From Camelus ferus (Eukaryota), in contig NC_045696.1 of assembly GCF_009834535.1 (NCBI RefSeq), positions 17,238,001 through 17,302,000 on the forward strand: 64,000 bases of DNA, written 5' to 3'. A program made the translations under genes and the position numbers. How positions within the stretch are numbered: position 1 is the first letter of the stretch; every line of letters starts with the position of its first letter. Under the pieces are notes generated by a model. The model was not told the origin of the DNA. It did no database searches and worked only from the letters and a program-made list of their open reading frames with translations. This document shows, piece by piece, positions 12,211-26,228 of the stretch.

Positions 12211-12741
12211 CAATGGTATGATCTTATAGGCATGGTGGGGTTTAGCTGGCTACCAAATTGTCCCAAGAATTCAGACTGAGCCAATTCCTGATGGATGCCG
12301 GAAGCAGGAGGAAGGTCAAGTCCCGGGAAACTGCAGAAATGGACAAACAAGGCAGGGCATTAGTATAACTGACAAAAGCCTACTAAGGGGCCATGGAAGT
12401 TTTGTTTTCTTCTTAAGACATTATTGTTCTGCTTTCTTTTGCTTCTATTTTTATTTCATTTTTGCTTCCCTGGTCTCTTCATGAAGACTTTACACTAAGA
12501 CTGATTTTAAATGTGAACTAATCAATTTACCTATAGAATTAAAATAAAATCCTGAATTACAATAAACTTCTTTTAAAGATAAAACAACACGTAGAATAAA
12601 TCATATCCAAAAATAATAATAGTTGGTGAATTTCTTGTTGATCTTAATATTTAGTTTTGATTCCTGTTTTGCAAACTTGTGTTTTCTGAGAGAGGGGCTT
12701 TCCAGTGCTCTGTTTAAGAGTCTTTATTGAAACATTCACTA

Positions 12742-13117
12742 TGTGAAATGAAATTCATATTTTACAGCAGGACAAAAAATATTTAAACATAAAAAAATTG
12801 TTTTCTCTACCCTTTGGCCTCCTGTCCCCCGGCTGGGCATTGTGTATGTGCATTATGCATTGACCAAACCTTCCCCATCAGCAGAAATACCTGCTCAACC
12901 ATAAAGAGCAACGTCCTCCTAACATCAATCAGGAAGACAACTTCTTAAAAATAACGTTCCTTCTTGATCTTGTAAGGGGTCACACTGACATCTAAGGAGT
13001 GGAACAGTTCTGAGGTTTCTGAGTTGCTGTTCCCAGGTTACAAGCACTAAATCTGGCTCAGGTAAAATTTCCACTTCTTTCATTCATAGATCGACTATTG
13101 ATTAATTTCCATTGGCA
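12742..13117 (+). mobile_element. ERV1 solo LTR (MER34/MER39-like) with an internal deletion
   Basis: TG..CA termini; colinear with 44840-45307 (CTTTGGCCTCCT, TACCTGCTC, AAAGAGCAAC, GGAACAGTTCT, TTCCCAGGTTA). Confidence 0.75.
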
Positions 13118-13939
13118 ATTTATTGAAATGTCCCTGTTTAGCTAAAGATTTTGAACTTTGTGACTCTGAATTATTCTTTGACTAGTAATCTTTTTGTTTT
13201 TAAGGTGACATTCCTTCACAAGATCCTCATCCCTCACTTTTGAGTTTATATTTCTTTCAAAGAAAGACTATGAAAAGTTTTTGATTTGTGTAGGGAGGAT
13301 TCGAAGATTGGTAAGGAAACTGCGTATAATAAAGTTTATAAATATTCAACATGCATAAATCTGTTTTCTGGTATGCATGCTTGGCATGTTAGTGTTTCCA
13401 TGTGTATCTTACTTCTGCTTAGTGAGAAAATAGACTTGCTTTTACACATCTCAGGAAACATCCAACTATGTTAACTATCCTAGAAAACATAATTTACATG
13501 TGATTGATGAAGAAAAGAAGTGTCCACCAAAGCTGTGGGATCTCAGGAAACCATTCTAGTGAGAAAACATTTAATCTTTTTAAAAAAAAATCATCAAAGC
13601 TGATGGCCTGGAACATGTTGTTTAATGTTAATCGAGCATCATAAAATAGAAAACATGTGAAGAAAAATGAAGAGATCAATTAGAGCTACCATATTTTGCA
13701 ACTAAACAAGGGAACCCAAGTGAAAGTTGTCATTTGGTTTCAGTGAAACAATGACAGAGCTTTCACGTGGCAAAAATCGTCCATGTTTTTAAATGTTATT
13801 TATTTCTGAAGGTATATTTATGTAATAGAAAAAGTGGGAGAAAAAATATAACTCACATGTAAAATTCCCCATAACTCACTGTTCTGGTGTATGCCAAAAG
13901 AGACTTGGTTTTAGTTGTTAGAAGTAATTCCTCGCTGAG

Positions 13940-14930
13940 TTGGCTGTTTTCCATTGTCTCTGTCTGATACCAACCTTTCTCTGCTACATGAGGACGTCTA
14001 CAAACCATACATTTTAGGCTCCCTTTCTGTTAGGTAGTTAGATAAGTGGGGGCGCCAGGCAGATAGGTGGAGGAGAGACAGGATGGTCTGGAAGATGATG
14101 TTATGCCAGCCTTCAGCAGTAAGGGACTTTACTTCTAAATGAGCACCAGCAAGAAACCAGTTAGAACCCGACAGCTTGAAATGCGTGGTAGCAGAAAGGA
14201 CTTAACTGGACATGACCCGATGCTCATTCTATTATAATTAACACTGTGGTTTAGCACCCAACCCCCCGCCCCCATGGGTTTTCCTGTGTGCACCCTGGGT
14301 AAGGACGTGTGCAAAGGGGCCAAACATGACTAAGCATTCCAGGGACAAGAGCCGTCAATCAATCAAAGACCACCTCTAAGTGACGGTGTAAGAGGAAGGG
14401 GGACAAATACTGCCACTTTTCCTCCCTTGGATCAGCCTGCCTCCCGTTCTTGGGGGTGCACTTTTCCTTTTCTAAATACATCTTTTCAAATCTTTCACCA
14501 CACAGTGCTCCATCTCCCAGCTGTAAACTTATTTTTCAGCTATGACAAGAACTGGTGTCTTTACCTTTTGGGGTAATATTTCCAGAGAATTTCTGTCACT
14601 AGGACGTAGGGAGGTGGACAGGGAGAGTATCTCTCTAATTCTGGCTTGAGTATCAAGGCAGTTGCTGGAAATGGCTAGAATTGCTGAAGAAGCAGTAGCA
14701 GTTAGGTAATTCTGGAATCCAGCAGCCCAGCAAACACACCATTTGGCAATGCTGGCCTTGGCTGACATAGAAACCCTTCTACATCTCTTTGCAAAATGCA
14801 GCAGCTGGTGTAGGCTTCAGATTGCCACCCTGGGGGTATCAGCTGCTTCTAATTGCTGAGATTAACTAAATATTCCTTTTGTTACTTCATTTCTTCTCAT
14901 AACAAGTAAACAAATCAAACCAAACGAAAA
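13940..14930. mobile_element. old ERVL LTR relic (LTR33/LTR41-like) split by a younger LTR
   Basis: CTACAAACCATACATTT..GCTCCCTTTC | CAGAG..TTCTGTCACTAGG..GGAGGTGG is contiguous across the insertion. Confidence 0.4.
14028..14578 (+). mobile_element. ERV1 solo LTR, lineage-specific
   Basis: starts TGTTAGGTAGTTAGATAAG, ends GGGGTAATA; 4-bp TSD TTTC on both sides; homologous to 48503-49109. Confidence 0.8.
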
Positions 14931-15189
14931 GACAACTCCCTTTTCCTTTCTACACAGAACTAACAATTTTGTAACATCTCTATAAATTAAATCACCTCTA
15001 CATGAAACTGCTTCCATTATCAAATTGCCTGTATATTACACTGAAATGAGTTTTGCATCTCTATATGAGTTAAATTATTTTAGAAGTAAAAGAAAAATAT
15101 AACACTTCCTCACAACGTGTTTTAAAAGTATTTTCTATATTTCTTCCACATGAAATAATTTTGAGGTACACATGTATACCAGAAATTCT

Positions 15190-15835
15190 TGAGGCCCTTA
15201 GGACCCATCAATGAGTAAAAATGAGAGAAGTCTTTGCCCTGACAGAGCTTTTATTCTAGCTGGATAGAACACCAAATTATAAACACAAGAATATGTTGTC
15301 TAGTATATCAAACATTAAAGGTTATTTGTATGAATAAAACAGAGTTGGGAAAGGACAATGGGGAGGCCATGGAGAAACAGGAACTTAGTGATTACAATCG
15401 GAGTTCAGAGAAATAGACCTCATTGTGAAGGCAAAGTCTGAGCAGATTTCAAGGAGATGTCAGTTAACCCTGGGAAGAGCCAGCACAAATGCTACAAGGC
15501 AGCGATGTTGTCCGGTTCATTGAAGGACCCAGAAACCAGTGTGGCTATAGTACTTTGTGAAAGGAAAATTTGTAAGGAGATCAACTCACTGAGGGAGTCA
15601 GTGGTGGCTGAATCACAGAGGGTGGGACCGTCTTTTCTTTGAGTAAAGAGGAGCTATTTTTCAATTTTGAGCCCAGCGTTGACATGCTTAGACCTTCATT
15701 TTAAAAGGACCTGTCTGATGATTGTGGTGACAATAGCAAGGAGGGGAGCAAGTTAAGAGACAGGAAAATCTGAGAGGCTTTTGCAGTAATAGCAGCGAAA
15801 GTGGAAGTGGCTCAGATTCAGATGGGAACATACAT
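15190..15835 (-). mobile_element. L2 fragment
   Basis: GTCTTTGCCCTGACAGAGCTTTTATTCTAG, GAAGAGCCAGCACAAATGC, TTTTGAGC..GACATGCTTAGACCTTCATTTTAAAAGGA, typical of L2 reverse complement. Confidence 0.7.
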
Positions 15836-17798
15836 GTGGCTGGAAGCAATTGGAAGCTGGATACTCTGGAAGGAAAAACAAACAGAATATTCTGTTTCTC
15901 AGTCATGTTGATAAAGACCTGGAGTTCCCCCTAATTTTAGAGCTATATCCGTTCTTGATATGACAAAGGTAATAATAACCGGGTCCCAGGAGCAAAAAAA
16001 CTCTCTCTCACCTTGCGTACTTCCTATAATTCACTGACCTTGTTTATATTCTCTTTGGGAACACTTTTAGTGACTTAATTTACCTAATACTTTGATAAAT
16101 TGACACTTTGATTACTTTTGACAGCAGCTTTGCTTGGCATTTATCTTTTTCAATATCTAAATTAAAGGTTGACTATACATATAAGTAACAAATTATAGAT
16201 TTAAAGAAGTGAACATATACCCAAAAGAATGCATTTTGTGGAACATTTAGATTCTCATTTTATTATTTGTGTTAGTGAACTAATACAGGCAATCTTACTG
16301 ACTCACTAGGGTTACATTTACAATTAATTATGATTAGTTGGAAGAATTTAATACGTTTGGTTGTTTGTCTCAATGGGTAATGAAATTGAGTTTTCCATAT
16401 AAAATGTCATAGAAAACACATGAGCATAACAGACTTTTCTAATTACCAAATATCATGCTTTGTATTTAAACACCGAATTTATAATTGTAAATAGAGGAGG
16501 GCTTAAAGAAATAAACAAGGCAAATCATATCAATAATTTAGCATAGTCTACCTTAAATAGGAAGATTGATATAAAAATTAAATGATTCTATGTGCCCAAC
16601 ATAAAGTAGCAGGAGTAAACTGCCATCTGTCCCATTTAAAATCATTATAAAGATAAGGTTTACAGTGAATCTCATTCTGTGATCTTGTTTACACTACTGA
16701 AGGGAAATTTTCCTCAGTGGTTTATAAATTGAACTGTCTGCCTGAACAGCAGCTTTTCTCACTCATTCTTCAAAATAAATGGGGACATCAAGAGAAAGAA
16801 GGAAAAGATTACGTAGCAGAACAACAAATTTGATTTAATAATGTATAGCAGCTTCCAAATATAATATCTCTTTGTATCTTCCAAAGTTAAGAAACAGAGC
16901 ATATTTATATCATTTTTCTTTAAAAATTTTAAAGTATTTATTCGTTATGTGTTAGTCCTGATAGTGAAAAGACCAACAGTAAATCATACCTGTGACTAAC
17001 TGTATAATAAATGTATAAAATGTGTGTATGTAAAATATTCATATGTAAATACACAATTTAGGCAATATAATTATATGTGCAAAGATAAATATATATAATT
17101 ATGTATGCATGCATATATATATCATTTCAAAAATAATATATCCTTAAATCCTGTATGAAAAAGATTCAGCCAGCTTTAGGTAGGATATCAGGAGCTTTTC
17201 TGCTCAACAGGAAGATGACTTTGATCTAGCATAAAATTTGCATTACAGGATGAGGTCTTATGCATTCTCTAAAATTACATGTAAAGAGCAATACTGAAAG
17301 GTTATGGGCTGATTCCAAATGTCATTGTTACCATGGGCATTACGATTAAATTTTTTAAAAAATTAAAAACGTAATACAGAAATTCAAATAACCAATGTAA
17401 ATGCAAAATCTGGAAAAATGGTAGCACATCTTTAAATTTCAAGGTGCTATTCGGGCTGATAAGGTGGTAAAGCAAATTAAACCTAATAAAGTACCTTGCA
17501 AGTGGGAAAGGAAATTGTAGGATATCTTCTATGAGTGGTACGTGGAAGGCTCAGACCCCGTGTATCCTCAAGACCTGATATCTCTGGTCATCATGTGACA
17601 TAATTCATCTCTTTACCCCATGCCAAATGTTTCTCAGTAGAGTTGTGATGTTGATGTAGATCTTCATAAGAAAAATGCAACCTCTGGGCATATGAAAAGA
17701 GAACTGTTAGAGCAATAGATAGTAAGACAGGCTTTGGGATGAATATGAATTTTTCTTCTGCATTGTCTGTATTGTCTGAAATTTACTAGGGAGGTTTT

Positions 17799-17827
17799 GT
17801 GTGTGTGTGTGTGAGTGTGTGTGTGTG
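17799..17827. repeat. (TG)n microsatellite
   Basis: direct read. Confidence 0.95.
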
Positions 17828-18554
17828 CACCTGTATTTTATTTTGTTTTCTGATTTTTGTTATTTTAGGTTGTACCCTGGGATTCTCAGCAGATCAGTAA
17901 GGACGTCCATGTGAAGGCAACATGGGTGGGGACCTGAATCTCTCTGTGCTTTTATCAACCAGAGAAGCCTAGAATTATAACTGCCAGAGCCACACACATC
18001 ATAATATTCCACTTGACACAGGGTTTTCCAGGTGGGATAAAAACCCATAAAAAGACATTTACCTATAAACAGTAGAAGTTATGTCTGAATCTCATACTTA
18101 AGCTGAAAAATAACAAAACATGAAAAATACAGTTTTGTTGGGAAATTTTACTATGGAAAAGGCTACCTATACAATTAGACTCTAAAAATTTGGAATGCCA
18201 AATTGCCCTTCTTTCTAAAGTCATCCATGCCCCCACCCTTGCCTCCTGTTTTTCTTGTTTAACTTTACATGCCCTTCAGATCCTACCCAAGTACAGTCTC
18301 TCTCAAAACAATTTTCTTAGAGAAGTCTGCACCATTAGTCTGATGTCAGCTTTGCAGTCATGCACATTTATTCTTTTTATTATGTTTATGACTGGTGATG
18401 TCCAGATAGGCAAAATACCATTTCAAATGTGGCTTAATTTGTGCTTTCTTTGGGTGTCCTGGCCTTCCAGTTAGCACTCTCCTCCTAACACCTGCTTCAT
18501 GATATTATTGAATTACTTAACTCATCATGTGTTTCTGTCTTTTAAAATCCTTCA

Positions 18555-18690
18555 TTGGTGAGCTGTCAGTTAAGATCTCTGGCCCATTTTTTAAGGGCTG
18601 TTTTCTTACTGGTGAGTTTTGGGAGTTCTTTGTATATTTGGATAGCAGTCCCTAATCAGATAAATCTTTCATAAATATTTTTTTCTATAT
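18555..18690 (-). mobile_element. L1 ORF2 3' fragment
   Basis: GCCCATTTTTTAA..GAGTTTTGGGAGTTCTTTGTATATTTGGATAGCAGTCC..ATCAGATA. Confidence 0.7.
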
Positions 18691-20138
18691 GCATTGTAGA
18701 TATTCCCTAGGTTCTCGCTACCCACTTGACAGATCATAATTAATAAAATTATATAAATAATAAACTATGAGATAAATTAAAGAGATCATCATCTTTAGGG
18801 GAAAAAAAGCAGAGTTCAGGGAATCATACAGAAAAACTTAATTTATCAAGTATTTGCTAAGCAATTATCCTAGGAGTGTTTTTAGCAATCAAATTTTTAA
18901 TAATTTTTGGTTGATATAGCAGCTTCCAGAGTAATTTGCCAAGGATCTTTGTTCCCACCTAAGCTCTATTTATCTTGAAAGAAATCATGTCTTCCTGTAA
19001 ATTCTGAAAGAAATGCTGCTATTGTGAAATTTAAACAACAACAACAACAACAACAAAAACTGTAAAGTTCTAACCCTGTTGTTATATTGTATGTGTTATA
19101 GGTCTTTTCATTTTTCATTTGAACTTTGGGGGCCAGAAATCATAGATAATTATTAAGAGCCTGAGGTACATAAATGACAAATCTTTCTCTGCACTTGAGT
19201 TCTAAGTCAGTCAAGGAATAAGACAAAAATAACCTAAAGAACAAAAGTATCTCTTTAATAATGACCAACACTAGGGTTCAAAATAAGCCTGTTTAAGAGC
19301 CAGGCAAGCTTGTTGACTCTTCACTCTTAGCAAATCTTGGAATGTTCTACCAGAGAAGAAAGCTAAATAAAGCTCAATAAAATGACTTATTCAAACAACT
19401 GCTCTCCAGCTTTCCAAGTAGGGAGGACAAGAAGGAAACCAAATACTCTTTGTTCAGAGTCTGTGAAAGATTAACCCCAGCAACAGGACTAATAGATATT
19501 ACTTTGAAGAGATTTAACTCTCTCCACTTCCATGAGAAGGTTTATGGAACAAGGAAAGAAAGATTCACTACTTATGAAGGGTTCCCTAGGATGGAAACCA
19601 AGATTGTAGAATGATTAACTGATTATTTATTATTATATTGGTAAAATTATATACTTCATATTCCTACAAAGCTATCTCCCATGTTTTGCCAATATCACGA
19701 CTATCCTTAATTCCAAGATTGTATTTCATGTATTACCTTTAGATAATTTTAATTGTATTACCATTCTTCTTAGTACTCTGAACATTTTAGACATGTTTTT
19801 ATAATGGAGATCAACAAGGTTGAGTTATAGTCTTGCCCGTCTTCAATGCTGGTTGAATGCTATTTGACTACATCGTCCCATCCTTTGGGGAAAGTGAATT
19901 TGAAAATAAACTAAAAGTAATTTTAAAAGAAAATGACTTAAATGTAATGGAATATTAACTGTCTCAGTGAAAGTATGACTGCCATCAAGCCGTTTCCTAC
20001 CCTGATGGCAGGACTGAAAATGGGGATGGAAATTCCAATACCTGGGAAGATAATGTCAGAGTAAGAGTTAGTGATTGAATTAGTGGATATATATTAAATA
20101 GATCATTACAGAATTGTTTATCATTACAGAAATAGTTA

Positions 20139-20506
20139 TGTTATGGGTTAAATAGTGTATCCTTAAGATTTCTATGTTAAAATTCTAACTCCTGGTATCT
20201 CAGCATGTAATTTTATTTGTAGATAGTTTTTAGAAAGCTAATTAAAGTAACATGAGGTCATATACATGGGTGCTAATCCAACAAAATTGGTATCTTTATA
20301 AGAAGAGGAGATTAGGACACAGACATTCACAGAGGGAAAAACCATGTGAAGACACAGAGAGGACGTTACCGTCTACAAACCAAGGAGGGAGACCTCAGAA
20401 GGAATCAGGACCTGCTGACATGTTGATCTCAGACTTCAAGCTTCCAGAGCTGTGAGAAAATGAATGCCCGTGGTACTCTGTTAAGGCTTCCCTGAAAGCT
20501 AATACA
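20139..20506 (+). mobile_element. MaLR solo LTR (MLT1B-like)
   Basis: TGTTATGGGTTAAAT..ATGAGGTCAT..TTATAAGAAGAGGAGATTAGGACACAGAC..CCATGTGAAGACACAG..CTAATACA. Confidence 0.88.
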
Positions 20507-20650
20507 TATTCCTTCACTCTTTTTCTTTCCTCCCTTCTTTCTTTAGAGCTATGAAAGGAAAAACTAGTTCTAACCAGTTGAAAAACACAGTACAACTACT
20601 GTGGTTCCATGCTGCTCACTAGCTGAAACTGAGAATTCTGGGTGGCTTCC

Positions 20651-21335
20651 TGTATCACTTTGTCAGTTGATTGCCCCTTCGGTCTAAGAGTACCCTTCAT
20701 ATATGCTCTGTGATAAACAAAGAAATTCCTTTAAGTATTAACCCTTTAAAGTAAATTGGATGTTAAACATCCTTAGGGGAGACCAAAGGAGGGACATTTC
20801 AGGAAAAAGAGGTGGTCCTGCCATTTTGGGGGTGAGAGGGTCCTGCTCTGTGGGCATGAAGGCATCCAGTGGAGCCTGCCAAGAAGAGACTATTAATCTG
20901 GTAACTCTGCCCTCTGACCCTGCAGCCTCAGCATGGAAATCACCTTTTCACAGCCCTTATCCTTCTGAGACCAGAGCCCCTGACCAGCTTGTGGGTTCCA
21001 CAGACCTCAGTGGAGCCCACGAGTAGCTGCTGGTGGCTCAGGGAGTCATTATGAGGCTGCCACATCTTCTGCAGCCCCTGCACATCTTCATGCTCTGAAG
21101 GTTTTCTGCGCTCCCCTGGAATCTCACTGCATGCCCAATCACACCACTGGAGGCTGATTGCTTTCTCTTCTGCCTATACCAAGCAGGTGGCCCATTGTTT
21201 GTTCAGCAACTCCCGGCAACCTTTAGCCTGACCGAACAAGTGAGGTTCCTTACATTAGGATAAGTTGATCTCTCTCAGCTCTAGGAGTTTCCACATACCT
21301 TGGAGTCATTCTCTTACTTTACTCACAATCACATA
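20651..21335. mobile_element. old ERVL LTR (LTR41-like)
   Basis: TTGTCAGTTGATTGCCCCT..ACCCTTCAT..TGCTCTGTGATAA..GATGTTAAAC..GGAGGGACA. Confidence 0.5.
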
Positions 21336-21367
21336 AACTGACACCTAGAACAATGAGATTTGCAGAA

Positions 21368-21368
21368 G

Positions 21369-21401
<33 letters not shown>

Positions 21402-21425
21402 TTGTGTATCTGTGTGTGTGTGTGT
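21368..21425. repeat. imperfect (TG)n microsatellite
   Basis: direct read. Confidence 0.95.
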
Positions 21426-21614
21426 TTGCATGAGAAATGAACTGATGTCCCAAACAAATGGGACTGTTAGTCAATCAGGAACTGGCTGAATGTCCTCTGA
21501 AACTCCAGTGTGCTCCTGACTCTGTCATTACAGTGGAGATTAAAAAACAAACAAACACTTTATTTGGCTTAGTTGGAGGAAACAGGAAAAGCTCAGAAGG
21601 AAAATAAGTAAATG

Positions 21615-21810
21615 TTCTTCACGTTCTAGCCTGCACTTGATTTTTGTGGCTGTTTCTCTTCAGTGATTCTGATAAGCATGTATTGGTATCACATTGTGGT
21701 TTTAGTTTACATTTTCTTGCTGACATCCAGCACCCTTTTATATTCCTTGTGGCCATCTGGTAATCAGTTTAGTGACATATCTATACAAGTCTTTGGGGAA
21801 TTTTTGAAAT
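21615..21810 (-). mobile_element. L1 fragment
   Basis: ATTCTGATAAGCATGTATTGGTATCACATTGTGGTTTTAGTTTACATTT. Confidence 0.65.
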
Positions 21811-24644
21811 GGAGTGAAAGGCAGGGTTTAAACCATGTATTTTCACTATCTTAATTGTAGTTAAAATACTTATTTCTAGTTTCAGGATTAATGTAGGTAA
21901 AATAAAGAGTAAAACATATGTGCACCCCTGGCTTTGTTCTGAAAACAGGTGCCTGTGAAATGAATAGAGCAGTGCTGAGAAGATGCAGAGTTATCAAGAG
22001 AGCGGTCTCATTGGAGTAGAAGGAAAATACCATATTTGAAGAGACTCCTACTCTTTAAACAGGTAGTCATGGAAACAAAAAAGGATAACGTCTTCCTAAA
22101 GGAATGTTGTACTCCTAGAATGTCATATTCATCTTGGCACTTTATAATACCAAAAAAAGTCAAAATATTTTTCAAAGAGATTACAGTATTTTTTTTACTA
22201 TTTTATTCTGTTATTACTTTTATATTTTTTCTCAGAACCACTTCCAGAAAAAAAAATTATTCACTTTCCTTCAAAATTATTTATTATCCCAATTGACCAA
22301 ATTACTTAGTTCTCAGTGGATGTGTGATATCATGGTCCATTACTCTATTTCAGTCCTGGCAAGAAACAGATGGCAAGAATCAATCAGGGTTATTTGAAGA
22401 TAGTTTAATATATCAAAGTGTAAGATTTATTAAACCAAAAGTATTATTGCAGTTCTGGGGCTAATAACAAAAAAATTCCATTCCTTCTATGGAATTAAGA
22501 GGGAAAAAACAATAAGCTATTTTTCTGAACTTGAAAGCGAGAGCGGAGAAGGCTTGATTGACAGGCGTTGTGGCAGAGAGAATGATCAGGATGAGGAAAC
22601 AGAAGACAGAATGGAGCCGTAGCTTAGGTAATTGGACAACTTGTCAATCTATCAACTCAATTACATTTCAGGTTTATCTGGACCCTAAATCACCTAGGAT
22701 TATCATGAGAATATTTATTTATTCTCAATTGCCAAAATTAACATTGATAAAAATTATTATATAATTAATATGATTATATTATTTCTTCTTATCTTCACCT
22801 TGTCTTCATACTTCTAGCACTGTGCCCAGGTCACGGCAGCACACTGTTTCCAGAATGATGAGGTTATATAGATGTGTATACACACAGACACACATACACA
22901 GATTTCAATTACTTCCTCAGATTTTAGATTAATTAGTCACATACCACCACCATCTATTTGTGTCTTTGTAGAATTACAAAGTGATTATTTGTGTCTTTGT
23001 AGAATTAGGCAATGTATGATAAATTACAACTTTGGAATTTTGAACAAACAGTATTTATTTCAGTATGCCTCATTGCATGTGCCAGATATATGTTTATCTC
23101 TTTTTACCTACAATCTAAAATTCCCTTGCTTTCCCAAATTTGTACAACTTTATGCTTGCTAAGCTTTTTCCATTGTCAGAAATGTAAAACAAATGCTCAG
23201 TTTTACTCGATAATCTAAACAACTCATAGAGAGCAATAAAAAGACCATAAAGGAATTGCAAAACACTGCATCCTTGTACCACACAGAGTGTCATCATACA
23301 AAAACTGGAATAACCTCCTGGATATAACACAAACTTTTCATCTTGTTGTTCTCACAAAAAACGCCAGTTCAATTTCTCCCTCCCAGTCGTTCTCCTTTAT
23401 AGCTTTTTATTCTTGGACCTCAACAAGCTGAAGCTGCTCTCCTTTCATCTAGAGTATAGTTCATGCATTTTTCATTATCTCTGACTTTCTATGGAATACT
23501 ATTCCATTTACTATTTTCTCTTAGTTAATGACCCCCAAAGAGGAGCCAGTGACAGAGAGTTCTGGGATCAGACTGCTTCTTAGGGGCTAGTAGACTTAGC
23601 ATCCAATATGACTTAGAATCAGGTGACTAGATTCATTAGCTATTGAGAGTGACATCCTTTTACAACTACAAAAACCCAGAATAGGCATTTACCACAGAGA
23701 AAAGAGAGAGTTTGAAAGACTCCAAAATTTAATAAAAGCATGAAGATACTCCGAGATGCAGGAGATGTTCAGCCATCGTTTGATGTATGGAGAGCAGAGA
23801 GGAAAGTTTACCAAGAGCTGAAGCATGTCAGCTCCACAGATCAGGGGGTCTTGGCAAGAGTTTTCCAGTTCTTCACTTTTTTTCCCACCAAATTGCCCTG
23901 AGTAGTCTACTTCTTCACCACTTTAGGGCAGAAAACATATATATCAATGCCAGCCTACTTCCAGATGAATCAGCGAGGTGACATCATAAGCACTTGAACT
24001 CTGCTAGTTTGCATTGGTAAAATACTAATTGGTCATTTCTGTTAATTTTGTTAAAAAATTTAAATTGTGTGTGTGTGTGTGTTAGAGGAAAGGGATCTGT
24101 GTGTTCTACTCAAATACTAAAACTTCCAAATTCTGTAACATATTTAATAGGACATCTTTAAAAAGTAAAACAGATTTAAACAGTTTTTTTTTATATATCA
24201 TTAAGATACCCAGGATTGAAATATGTAAGTGGCCCACGGTGAATGAGATTAATCATTCATCATCCATGTTCATTTCAGCCAAAAGCATGTATTTTAGGAT
24301 AACAGATTCAATATAAGTCATAAAGCATTTCCTCTTAAAAACAAATTGCTTATTTCTTCAAATTCTCATTATATTCTTATCATCTCATGTTTTATATGAA
24401 AAATTATCTTCAGTTTTAAGGAACTAAGCAAGAAGAATTTTAAATATCTAAAGCTTTGCAGTGGAAGATAAATAGGTCAATACATTTACAAGTCTTTATA
24501 AAAAGAAATGTAAAATTAGTGAATAAATGCATTGTGAATATGATAAAATGCTAAATAATCTTAGAATTTAACAATATAACTAAGATTATAAAATATCTTA
24601 TACACTTAATTTTTTGCTGTTTTTTTTAAGTATATGGAAATATG

Positions 24645-24765
24645 GCTTTTATTATATATTATGGGGGGAGGGAATAATTCAGCTTACTTATTAATTTTTA
24701 GAGGAGGTACTGGGGATTGAACCCAGGACCTTGTGCATGCTAAGTATATGCTCTACCACTTGTAT
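24645..24765 (-). mobile_element. tRNA-derived SINE, camelid type
   Basis: GGAGGTACTGGGGATTGAACCCAGGACCTTGTGCATGCTAAGTATATGCTCTACCACT, the reverse complement of the 1411 family, with the GGGGGGAGG..AATT tail variant. Confidence 0.88.
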
Positions 24766-25708
24766 ATTTACTTTCTTAAAACAAAGCAAAACAAAAAACA
24801 GTCATGACAAATAGCATATATGATACAAAATACCATCAACCCTATGAAAACTCACTTGCTCAAAACAGTAATAATGATCTGGCAATATCTTATGTATATC
24901 AGAATGCAGAAAATGTAGTGAAATTTACAACTGTAATCCAATAGCTTCTATGCCCTGGGATCTGAGGTTTTGTCCAATAATCACTCTTCTCCCTGCCACA
25001 AAACAGAGGGAAAATATTCTTACTGAGACTTATTCCAAAAAGTGCAATTTCACCTAATAAGAATAGGAGGAGCAGAGTGTGTCTTGTATTAGTGTGGTAA
25101 TTTTATATACTCAAAATAAGACCACACATGTTAATCACATCATTTTGAAGACACAAATTTATCAACTAAATATAAACTGAAACCTGAGGATATAAATTAG
25201 GACATAGAAAAAATATCTAAGAAAATATTTTATTTTTAACAATGGCAAAATCAATTTCATCACGCACTTGCTTAGATTTCTCAGTAGTTATCCATCTAGA
25301 ATGACTGCATTTTAGCTGACCTTCCACGAAGCCTTTTCAGTCTGTTTTATTTTTTGCCACTAAGTTGAATTTTAGTTTGGTTTGTTTGTTTTTGAGAAAG
25401 CTAATATACATGCATCGGATTAACCAAATTCAAACAGTACAAAATATTTCCAACTAAAACAATCTGAGGATTTACGTAAAGAAGCAGCCATCTGTTTGGA
25501 ATATTCTCATAACTCATACTCTTATTTCTTTAAGCCTCTGTTCAGTGTCGGACCATCTTATATGAAATAGCACTGCCATCATTCAATCCTCCTTATTATG
25601 CATTATTCTTTTTCACAGTATTGTGTCACTTGAAAGACTAATATCCAATTCATTAGTGCATAAGTGTCTATCTCCCCATTCTGGAAGAAGAGCTCCATGA
25701 TATCAGGA

Positions 25709-26228
25709 TGTCAAGAACTGTGACAGGTTTGAGAATCTCCTTTACTTACATGCTGGTAAGTTACTGTGACATTGGGTCCATAGGTGCTGGCAGAAGACTT
25801 AGACCCCTGGGTCAGAGGTGAAGACATTTTTACTCACAACACAGTAGACAACCTAAGTTTCATGTTTCATCTGTTCTCTTTGCCTCCAAGTGTCATGGGG
25901 ATGACTGTAAAGTGGCAGAGGTGATGCCAAACACACAGCAGGCTTGTGTCACAGCTGAGGAGCCCCTAATGCCTGATCTCCAGTCTTAAAATGTGCTGCT
26001 GGCCAACATGCTCAATCTTTGCCCTGGACAGAGACACTATCCATATCATCCTGGTCAGGATACACATCTGCCTCTGTCCCTGAGGGGGGCATTACCTCTA
26101 CCTTCCAAGGTTGTTTGCTACACCAAATATGATTCAAAAAATAGTCTGGAATAAAATTGCCGATGTCCCTGGCTGGGAAGACATGCAGTAACATGAAAGA
26201 CAAATAGGAAATCATCTCCCCCCTAATA
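25709..26228. mobile_element. ERVL LTR (MER54/MER74-like)
   Basis: TGTCAAGAACTGTGA..TGCTGGCAGAAGAC..CCTGGGTCAGAG..TTACTCACA; related to 50609-51091. Confidence 0.65.
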
